NCBI GenBank assembly: GCA_030591565.1 | Contig: JAUVAU010000001.1 | Location: 174,677-238,676 of the forward strand | Direction: 5' to 3' | Origin: Deltaproteobacteria bacterium | GTDB taxonomy: Bacteria; Desulfobacterota; Deferrisomatia; Deferrisomatales; BM512 | Length of the DNA: 64,000 nucleotides | Part shown: positions 1 through 8,926 of the stretch, piece by piece | Layout of the letters: every line of letters begins with the position of its first letter | How positions within the stretch are numbered: the stretch's first letter is position 1 | Position numbers and translations under genes: made by a program | Notes under the pieces: generated by a model | What the model saw: only the letters and a program-made list of their open reading frames with translations | Told to the model about the DNA's origin: nothing | Database searches by the model: none

Positions 1-1
1 C

Positions 2-295
2 GTCAGGAGGGGCAGCGGCGGAAGTGGGCTGCATCCGGGGGGCGATGGAGTCGTCAGGGCAATACGCTTTCTCGAACCGATGACAGCGGCTATATTATCG
101 GGCAGGAGAAAGACTGCGCCCTTCGGGCTGAATGGCGGTTTACCCGGCTTGCCCGGCATCAACACCCTGGAGCGCACGGGCGGCGAAACCATACGACTGG
201 AGGGCAGGGACGAGGTTGAGGTCAAACCCGGCGACCTCATCACGATTGAGACCCCCGGTGGCGGCGGCTTTGGCGCGCCACCCCAAAAGAAATAG
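2..295 (+). CDS. C-terminal end of a hydantoinase B / 5-oxoprolinase family protein (5' end outside window)
   Basis: The frame is open from the window edge. The tail ...GDLITIETPGGGGFGAP is typical of the HyuB/oxoprolinase C-terminus. Confidence 0.6.
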   Translation, partial: VRRGSGGSGLHPGGDGVVRAIRFLEPMTAAILSGRRKTAPFGLNGGLPGLPGINTLERTGGETIRLEGRDEVEVKPGDLITIETPGGGGFGAPPQKK

Positions 296-342
296 CATAA
301 AGATATTGCCAAAACATATTAATTAGCGAGCGAGGATGAAGG

Positions 343-2130
343 ATGAGCAACGAAAAACTACCCCGATGGAATCTGGGCATTTTCTTTAAATCCACCGACG
401 ACCCGGCCCTGCCCAAGGCGCTGGAGGCGATGACTAACGCCGCCGAGGAGTTTGAGGCCAAGTGGCGTGGGAAAATTGCCGGTACCGATGCCACAGCCCT
501 TGCCCAGGCGGTGGCCGACTATGAGAAGGCGTCGCGCACGGGGCTTGAAGCCTACGTTTACTCCCATCTGGCTTTCGCCGACAACTCGGAAGACCCGAAG
601 AATGTCGCGCTCTCGGTCAAGGTGAGGCAGGTCGCCAACGAGGCGCACCGCCGCACGCTTTTTTTCACCCTTGAGATGGATGAGATGAGTGAGGCCCATT
701 TCGGGTCGATAGTCAAAGACCCCTGCCTCGCCTCCCACGTTCATTTCCTCAAAGAAACCAGGAGGATGAAGCCCCACCGGCTCACCGAACCGGAAGAGAA
801 CATCCTCGTGTTGAAGTCACTCACAGGCAAGAACGCCTTCGTGCAGCTCTACAGCCGTGTGACCAGCAGCTTTCGCTTCCCATCCCCCCTTGAAGAGGGC
901 AAGGAGTTGACCGGCCCCGAGATGCTGGCGCTCATGAAACACCCCGACCCGGACGTTCGGTTGCGCGCAATGGAGAGCTACTACGAGGTCTATGCGGAGG
1001 CCGCCACCGTCCTCTCCACGGTTTGGAACACCCTCGCCCAGGACCACCGCCAAGACATGGAGCTGAGAAATTTCACCCACCCGATGGAGCCGGTGAACGA
1101 GCGAAATGAGCTGACCGGCGTGGCGGTGGAGGCGCTGATGCAGACCACCCGCGACCATTACGGCCTCGCCCGGCGCTATTACAAGTGGAAGGCGCGCGCC
1201 ATGGGGGTGGAGCGGTTGAGAAACTGCGATCTGGTCGCTCCCCTGCCGGGTGACGAGCCCGATCCCCTGCCCTTCGATAGCGCGAGGGAGATGGTGTTGG
1301 ATGCTTACGGGGACTTTCACGAGAGCTTCAGGACTATCGCCTCGGACTTTTTCGAGGAGGAGCGCATCGACGCCCCGACGCGGCCCGGCAAATCGGGCGG
1401 GGCCTTCTGCATGGGCGCGGCCCCCGATATCCCTCCCTTCATCCTTATGAACTACACCGGGAAGCTGAGAGATGTCGCCACCCTGGCCCATGAGCTGGGG
1501 CATGGCATTCACGATGTTCTTGCGAGCAACCAGCCACTGCTCGAATATGGGCCGGTGCTGCCGTTGGCCGAGACCGCCAGCGTCTTCGGGGAGCTGCTGC
1601 TCAATCAAAAGCTCACCAAGCAGGATATGGACCCGGTAAAGCGCCGTAACCTCATAGCCGAGCGGGTCGAAGATATCATCGCCACCACATTCAGGCAGGC
1701 GATGTACACCGATTTTGAGTTGCAGGCTCACCTGAAGATCGCTGAAAACCAGCTCTCCGCCGAAGAGTTTTGTGACATCTGGGGCGAAAACATCGACAAG
1801 CTCTACGGCGACGCGGTGGAGATGATGGAAGCCTCAAGGTGGACGTGGAGCGCCATACCCCATTTTGTCCATACCCGCTTTTACTGCTATGCCTATACCT
1901 TTGGCGAGCTGTTGACGCTGGCGTTTTTCCGACGTTACCAGGAGGAGGGAGAGACCTTCGCGCCCAAGTTCATCGAGTTTCTCTCAGCGGGGGGCTCGAA
2001 GGCGCCGCCCGAGCTGGTGGCCCATCTGGGTTACGACCTGGAAGACCGGGAGTTTTGGGCGGGGGGCTACAAGGTGTTGGAGCAGTTAATTGAAGAGCTG
2101 GAGCAGTCAGACCAATTGCAGTCGGACTAG
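343..2130 (+). CDS. pepF: Oligoendopeptidase F family (M3B) metallopeptidase
   Basis: 595 aa with zinc motif HELGHGIH and overall PepF-like length and pattern. A GAGG sequence lies upstream of the ATG. Confidence 0.85.
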   Translation: MSNEKLPRWNLGIFFKSTDDPALPKALEAMTNAAEEFEAKWRGKIAGTDATALAQAVADYEKASRTGLEAYVYSHLAFADNSEDPKNVALSVKVRQVANEAHRRTLFFTLEMDEMSEAHFGSIVKDPCLASHVHFLKETRRMKPHRLTEPEENILVLKSLTGKNAFVQLYSRVTSSFRFPSPLEEGKELTGPEMLALMKHPDPDVRLRAMESYYEVYAEAATVLSTVWNTLAQDHRQDMELRNFTHPMEPVNERNELTGVAVEALMQTTRDHYGLARRYYKWKARAMGVERLRNCDLVAPLPGDEPDPLPFDSAREMVLDAYGDFHESFRTIASDFFEEERIDAPTRPGKSGGAFCMGAAPDIPPFILMNYTGKLRDVATLAHELGHGIHDVLASNQPLLEYGPVLPLAETASVFGELLLNQKLTKQDMDPVKRRNLIAERVEDIIATTFRQAMYTDFELQAHLKIAENQLSAEEFCDIWGENIDKLYGDAVEMMEASRWTWSAIPHFVHTRFYCYAYTFGELLTLAFFRRYQEEGETFAPKFIEFLSAGGSKAPPELVAHLGYDLEDREFWAGGYKVLEQLIEELEQSDQLQSD

Positions 2131-2139
2131 TTCGTGGTC

Positions 2140-2450
2140 TAGGAGGCTCTGACGAAAAACTCTCCAGAAGCAGAGGGGGCAACACTAAACCGGAGATTTT
2201 AGCCGATGCCGGGCAAACTTCCAACTGAGCCGACGATAAACTGGAAACCCCGAAGATCCTTCGAGGCAAGTTTTCAGGACCGAAAACTTGGATGCGCATT
2301 AGCGCACCTTTAGGCGAGGCCCCAGAGAGGGGGCCGAGTCCATGAGGAAGGGAAGAAAAATGACCGCAGGCATACTGATAGGTATTTCGAGGATCATTTT
2401 TCGACCCTGACAATATCAATCGGAGGATATCCGGGGTTTTTCAACAGGTT
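2140..2450 (+). repeat. Intergenic repeat family, copy R1 (longest, carries an extra internal segment)
   Basis: Long near-identical blocks are shared with 29418-29660, 38058-38323 and the reverse complement of 47810-48037. It fills the gap between the convergent pepF and PASTA genes. Confidence 0.9.
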
Positions 2451-2451
2451 T

Positions 2452-3375
2452 CTAGCGGGGTTCGCCGTCCACGAGCAGGCGTACCCTTTCGCCGGGGTTG
2501 TAGGTGATAAGACGCCTGAAGGTCACGCCCCCCGCCACTTCTTCCTGTGCCTCGACGCGGCTACCGTCATCGCCCTCGACGACCACCTCCACCAGGCGCG
2601 AAGAGTAGCTGGGCGGCACGTAATACTGGATAAGCTCGGTCTGGCGTGGCTGCACCTTTTCGCCGCCGCTTGCGACCGACAGGGTGACGCCGGAGCCACG
2701 GCTCACGGGGAAGCCGGGCAGCGGGTCCTGGCTGGTGATGCGACCGGCCCTCGTCGGGTCGCCCAGCTTGACCTCTTCAATTCGTTCCACTCTCAGCCCC
2801 AGCGCGGAGAGCAGCTTTTCCGCCTTGCCAAGGGTGGCTCCGTCCAGCCTGGGCATCCGGTAGACGGGGGTGCGCGGGCCATCGCTGACGATAAGCGAGA
2901 CCGTGTGGCCGCTGGGCAGCCGCACGCCCGGGGTGGCGTCGATCCCGTAGACTGTGTCCTTGTCCGCTCCCGAAACCTTTGCGTCAACCGTGAACTTTAT
3001 CCCGGCTTCGGTCAGCAGGATCGAAGCGTCTTCAACGCGCATTCCGCGGACGTCGGGCAGGGCGTGGCGTTTTGGTCCCCTTGAGAGGATGACGCCGATG
3101 CTTCTCCCTGATTTTATCACCTTGCCCGGAACGGGACGCTGGCTCACCACACGGTTCTCTTCCACCTCGGTGGAGAAGGTGAAGTCGCGCACCTCAAGGT
3201 CCAGCTTCAGCTCGGCGATGTGGTCCAGCGCATCGGCCAGGGTCATGCCCTTGAGGTCCGGCACCTCGACCTGGGGCGACTTGTGGACCATGAAGGAGAC
3301 GACCAGATAGCCTGCGATGCCCGAGACGGCGAGCGCCAGGGCGGCGTAAACTATGAAGATGAGCAGTCGGCGCAA
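2452..3375 (-). CDS. Membrane-anchored PASTA-repeat protein with no kinase or transpeptidase domain
   Basis: 307 aa with an N-terminal TM helix (LIFIVYAALALAVSGIAGYLVV) followed by three PASTA-like repeats (VPDLKGMT..., LPDVRGMR..., MPRLDGAT...). Confidence 0.75.
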   Translation of the reverse strand: MRRLLIFIVYAALALAVSGIAGYLVVSFMVHKSPQVEVPDLKGMTLADALDHIAELKLDLEVRDFTFSTEVEENRVVSQRPVPGKVIKSGRSIGVILSRGPKRHALPDVRGMRVEDASILLTEAGIKFTVDAKVSGADKDTVYGIDATPGVRLPSGHTVSLIVSDGPRTPVYRMPRLDGATLGKAEKLLSALGLRVERIEEVKLGDPTRAGRITSQDPLPGFPVSRGSGVTLSVASGGEKVQPRQTELIQYYVPPSYSSRLVEVVVEGDDGSRVEAQEEVAGGVTFRRLITYNPGERVRLLVDGEPR

Positions 3376-3378
3376 GGG

Positions 3379-4746
3379 TCAGCCCTTTCTCAGCCGGGCT
3401 GCAAAGAAGCCGTCGAGATGGTTGGAGGGATCGCCTTTGTCGTTGTGGGGATAGGAGCGCAGCTGTCCGGTCGCGTCGATGGGCCAGCCATCGTGTTCAA
3501 TGGGTTCAAGGCCAAATTGCGTGTTGTCGGCGAGAAATTGTTCTATCACCTCATCATTCTCCTCGGCGGTCACCGTACAGGTCGCGTAGACCAGCAGGCC
3601 GCCGCTTTTCACCAGCTTTGCGACATTGGCGAGGATGGCTTTTTGTACCTCGACAAGCCCCGCGATGTCTCTCTTGCTCATTCGCCATTTGCGCTCGGGG
3701 TTGTGTGACAGCACTCCAAGCCCGGAGCAGGGCGCATCCACTAAAACAGCATTGAATAGTTGCTCGTCGCGGTAAAGCGCCGCATCCGCCTCAACAGCTT
3801 TTATACACGAAAAACCAAGTTTTTTCGCCATCTCCGTGATTGTTTGAACCCGGTGGGGGTGGATATCCAGGGCCACTATCTCGCCGGTGTCTTCCATCAT
3901 CTGCGCCATGTGGGTGGTTTTCAGCCCCGGCGCGGCGCAGGCGTCCAGCACCCTGAAGCCAGGTTTGGGCGCAACGATGTGGCTGACCATCTGGGAGGCC
4001 TGCCCCTGGACGACGGCCTGGGTGTTTTTCAAGAGCGCCAGCTTCCTCGGGTCTCCCGTGCGCAGCGCCCACAGTCCCTCGGGGGCGTAGCGCCCCTGGC
4101 CCCTCTCGACTCCGGGGGCGAAGGTTTCAAGCGCCCGGTCCATCTCGATCCTGGAGGTGTCAACCCGCATGAAGAGCGGCGGCGGGGTCGTGGATTGGCG
4201 GGCGATCAGCGTTGCGCCTTTTTTGCTGAAGGAGCCGAGAAGATAACGGGCCAGCCACAGTGGAATGGAATAATCCAGGGCGAGCTGCCCAGCCGCGTCT
4301 TTGGGTTTGGCAGGGGTGGCCTCGCCATTGGCGATCTTTCTCAGGATGGCGTTTACGAAACCGGAAGCATGTCCGGCTTTGAGGGTGCGGACCATATTTA
4401 CCGCTTCGCTCACCGCCGCCGATGCGGGTATGCGGTCGAGGTAGAGCAGCTGGTAGGTGCCGATGCGGAGCGTGGTCAGCGCTGGGGGGTCGATATTTTT
4501 CAGCTTACGCGAGGAGGCTGCGAGGATGAATTGGTCCAGACGGTAGCGGTTTCTGAGTACGCCGTAGACCAGCTCGGTCGCCAGTGCGCGGTCGCGTGGG
4601 TCGATGGCAGGGTGTTTTTTAAGCGCACCGTCCAGGACCTCCTCCGCCCAGCCCAGCTGCTTGTCCACCTTGGCAAGCACTGTGGCTGCAATAATGCGTG
4701 GGTCGCTTTGACCCCGTTTGTTCCCAGAAAAAATTTCCGAAGACAT
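3379..4746 (-). CDS. rsmB: 16S rRNA (cytosine967-C5)-methyltransferase
   Basis: 455 aa with a NusB-like N-terminus and the SAM-MTase motifs DACAAPGLKT and VLVDAPCSGLGV. Confidence 0.9.
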   Translation of the reverse strand: MSSEIFSGNKRGQSDPRIIAATVLAKVDKQLGWAEEVLDGALKKHPAIDPRDRALATELVYGVLRNRYRLDQFILAASSRKLKNIDPPALTTLRIGTYQLLYLDRIPASAAVSEAVNMVRTLKAGHASGFVNAILRKIANGEATPAKPKDAAGQLALDYSIPLWLARYLLGSFSKKGATLIARQSTTPPPLFMRVDTSRIEMDRALETFAPGVERGQGRYAPEGLWALRTGDPRKLALLKNTQAVVQGQASQMVSHIVAPKPGFRVLDACAAPGLKTTHMAQMMEDTGEIVALDIHPHRVQTITEMAKKLGFSCIKAVEADAALYRDEQLFNAVLVDAPCSGLGVLSHNPERKWRMSKRDIAGLVEVQKAILANVAKLVKSGGLLVYATCTVTAEENDEVIEQFLADNTQFGLEPIEHDGWPIDATGQLRSYPHNDKGDPSNHLDGFFAARLRKG

Positions 4747-4754
4747 TTATAGCG

Positions 4755-6914
4755 TTACTTTCTGATGGGTACCGTTCCGGAATTGGAAGCAGCGCGCAGG
4801 ACGCGGATCGAACTCACCGCGCCCAGTTTTCTAACAGAGTTGATAAGCCTGTCCAGTGTTCTGGCGGTACCCGGACTGAACTCCAGATGGAGGAAGTTGT
4901 TTTTTCCCGGCATGCCGATGGTTGACAGCTCCACCCCCAGTGAGCGGAAGGGGGCGACCACCGCATAGAATGTGCCGGGCTTCTCATCCACTCCTATCTC
5001 CATTTCAACCAGCCCCGGATCACGCAAATCGGTGCCCCGGGAGCGGTCCCAGATGAGAGGCAGGCTGGTGTCGCCGTCCTGCTCGCTGCAACCCTTCCTG
5101 TGTACGTTGAGTCTGCCCTGGCCGGGGTTGCCCACGATGTCGTCTCCGCGCACGGGGGCGCAGATGGGGCAAAAGCGGATATGGAGGTCCTCAAACTCAT
5201 ACCTGCGTACTTTGCGAGTGGTTGCCTTGGCTCCCCTGATCTTTCTCACCAGTGTGCCCATGGTACGGGGTTTGGCTACGTTGGCGAGGCCCAGAATCTC
5301 AGTGACCTCGGTGGTGCCCATGCAGATGTCGTGGTAGAGGTTGCTGAGCTCTCGTCCGCTCGAATCCGCCAGCTGTTCGGCGAGCCTGTGTGCCTCGGCG
5401 ATTTCGATGCCTGTTGCGGTGGCGGCCTCGTCCAGCCAGTTTTGCCCGGTGATTATCGCTTTGCTGTGCTCCTGTTTTCTGAAGTAGCGTCGCAGGGCGA
5501 CCAGGGCTTTCCGGCTGTGGACCCAATCAAGATAGCGCTCGTCACTGAGGGGTTCGTCCGAAGTCATGATCTCGACCCGGTCGCCCGACTGGAGGTGGGT
5601 GGAGATGTGTTCTTCCACGTCGTTTATCCGCGCTCCCTTGGCTCTTAGTCCCAGGCCATCATGAACGGCGAAGGCGAAGTCCAGCGCCGACGTTCCCTCT
5701 TCCAGGCTGTATACGTCGCCCCTGGGGCTTGTCACCTGGATGGCGTCGGGAACCTGAAAACGCAGGAAGTCCTGGATGTCGCCATCCTCATCCTGGAGAA
5801 AGTCGCGCAGGTCGTCCAGGTACTGGAGGTTGAACTGCGGACTCTCAATGTCCATGGAGAGTAGCCCCATGCGGTTGAATTTGTCGGCGTTGCGGCTGGT
5901 TATATAGAAGCGGATGATTCGGCCGCGATAGCTCACGCTGGTCTCCAGGGCCTTGAAGCCGTTGGTGCGCGGATTGGATATCGTGTCGGTAAAATCGCCG
6001 GGGATCGTGCGGAACGCCATGTGGACCCTGCCCATGGCCCTGTACGTCTCTTCGCTGGTATCGGTGATAATGCAGACTGTGTAGAGGTTTTCGGGAAGGG
6101 TCGGGAGTTCGTGGTCAAACCGGTTCCACTTTATGTCGATGCGTGCAGTCAGGTCGCCGGGGAATATCTCCGCCAGCCTGGAGCGGAACTGCGACAGGGG
6201 ACGCGCCTGTGTTTCGCGTGCTTTGCGCTGCGATTGCTTGAACTCGTTGAACGCATCCTTGTAGAGGTACTCCGCTATGTTTTCATCAAACCGCTCCGCC
6301 AGGTCGGTCATGCACAGCCGCTTGCAGATGTTAGCGTACAGCTGGGCGCTCTCCTTGGCGATGCGTAGCTGTTTGTGGCGGGGAAAGACGTGCAGGGAGC
6401 GCAGGTTGTCGAGTCGGTCGGCAATTTTTACCAGCAGAACACGGATATCCTGGAGCACGAAGGTGAAGAGCTTGTGATAGGTGAGTTCCTGGTTGTCCTT
6501 GATCTTGGTCAGCGCCTCGACCAGCCTCACCGTGTCGGGAAACTCGGCTTCGAGCAGCTGCGAGGTCATCTCAGTGTCTTCAATGGTGTCGTGGAGGATG
6601 CACGCCTCCACCGACGCCCAGTCGATTATTCGACCATAGCGGCTGACCTCCATCGCGGTGTTGATCGGGTGGTAGATGTAGTCCTCACCGGACTTTCTCT
6701 TCTGTCCGGCGTGTAGCCGTTCGGCGAACGCCACTACCCGGTCCAGCCGCTCGGCAAGCTCACCTACTTCGTGCTCGCCCACATCGTGGTGGAGAATATA
6801 CTGGGATAGTATCTGCTCTTTTTCGAGCGCGAATCTGTCTGACAAATATCGCTCCAGCCTAGTTATAATGGGTACAAGGACGCGACCATCGGTCGGCCCC
6901 CTCAAGTAAACCAT
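4755..6914 (-). CDS. rel: Bifunctional (p)ppGpp synthetase/hydrolase, RelA/SpoT family
   Basis: 719 aa with HD-domain motif HDTIEDT, followed by synthetase, TGS-like and ACT-like regions in the usual order. Confidence 0.85.
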   Translation of the reverse strand: MVYLRGPTDGRVLVPIITRLERYLSDRFALEKEQILSQYILHHDVGEHEVGELAERLDRVVAFAERLHAGQKRKSGEDYIYHPINTAMEVSRYGRIIDWASVEACILHDTIEDTEMTSQLLEAEFPDTVRLVEALTKIKDNQELTYHKLFTFVLQDIRVLLVKIADRLDNLRSLHVFPRHKQLRIAKESAQLYANICKRLCMTDLAERFDENIAEYLYKDAFNEFKQSQRKARETQARPLSQFRSRLAEIFPGDLTARIDIKWNRFDHELPTLPENLYTVCIITDTSEETYRAMGRVHMAFRTIPGDFTDTISNPRTNGFKALETSVSYRGRIIRFYITSRNADKFNRMGLLSMDIESPQFNLQYLDDLRDFLQDEDGDIQDFLRFQVPDAIQVTSPRGDVYSLEEGTSALDFAFAVHDGLGLRAKGARINDVEEHISTHLQSGDRVEIMTSDEPLSDERYLDWVHSRKALVALRRYFRKQEHSKAIITGQNWLDEAATATGIEIAEAHRLAEQLADSSGRELSNLYHDICMGTTEVTEILGLANVAKPRTMGTLVRKIRGAKATTRKVRRYEFEDLHIRFCPICAPVRGDDIVGNPGQGRLNVHRKGCSEQDGDTSLPLIWDRSRGTDLRDPGLVEMEIGVDEKPGTFYAVVAPFRSLGVELSTIGMPGKNNFLHLEFSPGTARTLDRLINSVRKLGAVSSIRVLRAASNSGTVPIRK

Positions 6915-7595
6915 TGAAATAGCTCGGGATCAACCCTGTATGTACGAATGAACTGTGCCAGAGCTCCGCCCGGGCGCACCCCGCTGTCCTTGACCACCGA
7001 TAAAGCCTTGGCCTGCCAGTCCGCAAAAAGCGCACAACCTTGGCCAGCGCTTCAACCGCTCGGGTAATATTTTTTCCTTACCCTACCCGTTTTTTCATTC
7101 GTCCAGATCGCGTCCAGCTGCGTGGGGTCACAATATTGTCTTCCCCGGATGGAAATTTCGCAAAAAAAAGGGGGGGGGTGTTGTAGAAAAGTTGAGTTCT
7201 GGAGTCGGGAAACATGCAGAACCTTGCAAGCTATCTGCTTGGAATTACAGGGCAATAGCTATTGCTGAATACAGATATATAATATAGTGTCCCAAAACGA
7301 TACACAGTGCTCAACTTTGACACAATAACTTTTGCCGCCTCTTGAAAGTGACAACAAGTACAAGCGTTTTTCTTCTGTAGAACCCTTTAAACAGTGCTTT
7401 TTGCTCCATCGCCAATATTTTGAGAGGCTTCCTCTTGCTGGCATATTACTTGCATTTTTCAAACTGATTAATTTTTAGACTGTTTAATTTGCGGATTAAA
7501 TTTAATCATTGTTTTATTAATGCTTTATAGATTAAGAGGGTTATTGAGGATATTACGGTTCTGGCTGTTGTGTGTTTTAGACTTTAACCAATGAC

Positions 7596-7624
7596 TTGAG
7601 CGCCGGACATTGTTTGGTTATAAT
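7596..7624 (+). promoter_or_regulatory. Sigma70-type promoter candidate for the hydrogenase operon
   Basis: TTGAGC (7596-7601), a 17-nt spacer, then TATAAT (7619-7624) preceded by TGG, giving an extended -10 (TGnTATAAT). It lies about 140 nt upstream of the small-subunit ATG. Confidence 0.45.
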
Positions 7625-7646
7625 GCCCTAATATTTGGGAATGGAG

Positions 7647-7678
7647 CAGTTTTCGGTTTGCACACCGACTGTTTTTTT
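7647..7678 (+). terminator. Terminator-like hairpin plus T7 run inside the hydrogenase leader (possible attenuator)
   Basis: CAGT(ttt)CGGT-ttgcac-ACCGACTG followed by TTTTTTT. It sits between the candidate promoter and the start codon at 7764. Confidence 0.35.
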
Positions 7679-7763
7679 GTTTGAGCTTTTTACGCCGCGA
7701 AGGAGGACGGCAAAGGGTTTGTTCGTTCATTTTATTTCTGTTTTCCAAGGAGCGAAAAAGATC

Positions 7764-8861
7764 ATGACCAAGGAAAAGGAATCCACCATAGCCACTGCTC
7801 TCGAAGAATATCTGGAGGGGAGGGGTGTTAGCCGCCGCAGCTTTCTTACCTTCTGCAGCTCGATGGCCGCCACCCTGGCGCTCCCCGCGAGCTTCGCAGA
7901 CAAAGCCGCAGCCGCAATCGCTGAAGACAATCGTCCGCCGATCATCTGGCTTGAGTTCCAGGATTGCGCCGGCGACACCGAGTCCTTTTTGAGGGCTTCG
8001 CGTCCCACCGCAGCCGAGTTGGTGCTCGATTATCTTTCCGTTGACTACCATGAAACCATCATGGCGGCCGCCGGCCACCAGGCCGAAGCCGCACGTCAGA
8101 AGACCCTCGACGAGTGGGCCGGTAAGTATATCGTGATAGTGGAGGGGTCGATCCCCACCGCCCAGGGCGGCATCCACTGCACAATAGCCGGTCATACCGC
8201 GATGGACATCCTGCAAAAAGTTGGCGGGGGAGCTGCTGCGGTCATCGCGGTGGGCACCTGCGCTACTTCGGGCGGCATCGCCGCTGCGCACCCCAACCCC
8301 ACCGGGGCCGTGGGCGTCAAGGAGCTGCTGCCCAACAAGCCGGTTATCAATCTGCCCGGCTGCCCGATGAACGTCGTAAACCTCACCGCCACCATCGTCC
8401 ACTACCTCACCTTCGGCACGCTGCCCACGACCGACAAGTTGGGACGTCCCCTTTTCGCGTATGGCAAGCGCATACACGACAATTGTGAGCGTCGCGCTCA
8501 TTTTGATCAGGGCCAGTATGTGGAAGCATGGGGCGACGCAGGACACCGCCAGGGCTGGTGTTTGTACAAGATGGGCTGTAAAGGCCCCGCCACCTTCCAC
8601 AACTGCCCGACGGTAAAGTGGAACGATGGCCAGAGCTGGCCGGTTCAAGCGGGCCACGGCTGTGTGGGCTGCTCCGAGCCGGGTTTTTGGGACACAATGG
8701 GTCCGTTCTACGATAGGTTGCCCAACGTACCGGGTTTCGACATCACCGACGCCACGGCCACCAAGGTCGGCCTCGGTCTCACCGCAGCGGCCGCGGCTGG
8801 TTTTGCCGTGCACGGTGTGGCGAAAACCATGACGCTTCGCAGCGGAGACGACGAAGAGTAG
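7764..8861 (+). CDS. hyaA: [NiFe] hydrogenase small subunit, Tat-exported
   Basis: The internal ATG at 7764 has an AAGGAG upstream. It has twin-arginine motif SRRSFLTF and Cys-rich FeS ligand patterns, and lies immediately upstream of the large subunit. The ORF track's longer start at 7635 is unlikely. Confidence 0.9.
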   Translation: MTKEKESTIATALEEYLEGRGVSRRSFLTFCSSMAATLALPASFADKAAAAIAEDNRPPIIWLEFQDCAGDTESFLRASRPTAAELVLDYLSVDYHETIMAAAGHQAEAARQKTLDEWAGKYIVIVEGSIPTAQGGIHCTIAGHTAMDILQKVGGGAAAVIAVGTCATSGGIAAAHPNPTGAVGVKELLPNKPVINLPGCPMNVVNLTATIVHYLTFGTLPTTDKLGRPLFAYGKRIHDNCERRAHFDQGQYVEAWGDAGHRQGWCLYKMGCKGPATFHNCPTVKWNDGQSWPVQAGHGCVGCSEPGFWDTMGPFYDRLPNVPGFDITDATATKVGLGLTAAAAAGFAVHGVAKTMTLRSGDDEE

Positions 8862-8926
8862 TCTCCATAAATCAAAACGAACGGCTATTGAATTAAAAAA
8901 AGATATAGATCAAGGAGAACGACCCA

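Noticed and set aside
7052-7462. ORFs 7052..7255 and 7259..7462 (minus strand, 67 aa each) in the rel-hydrogenase intergenic region.
   Set aside because: They have no Shine-Dalgarno sequence and no recognisable product. Their translations are low-complexity or odd in composition, and they lie in an AT-rich region that more plausibly holds regulatory DNA.
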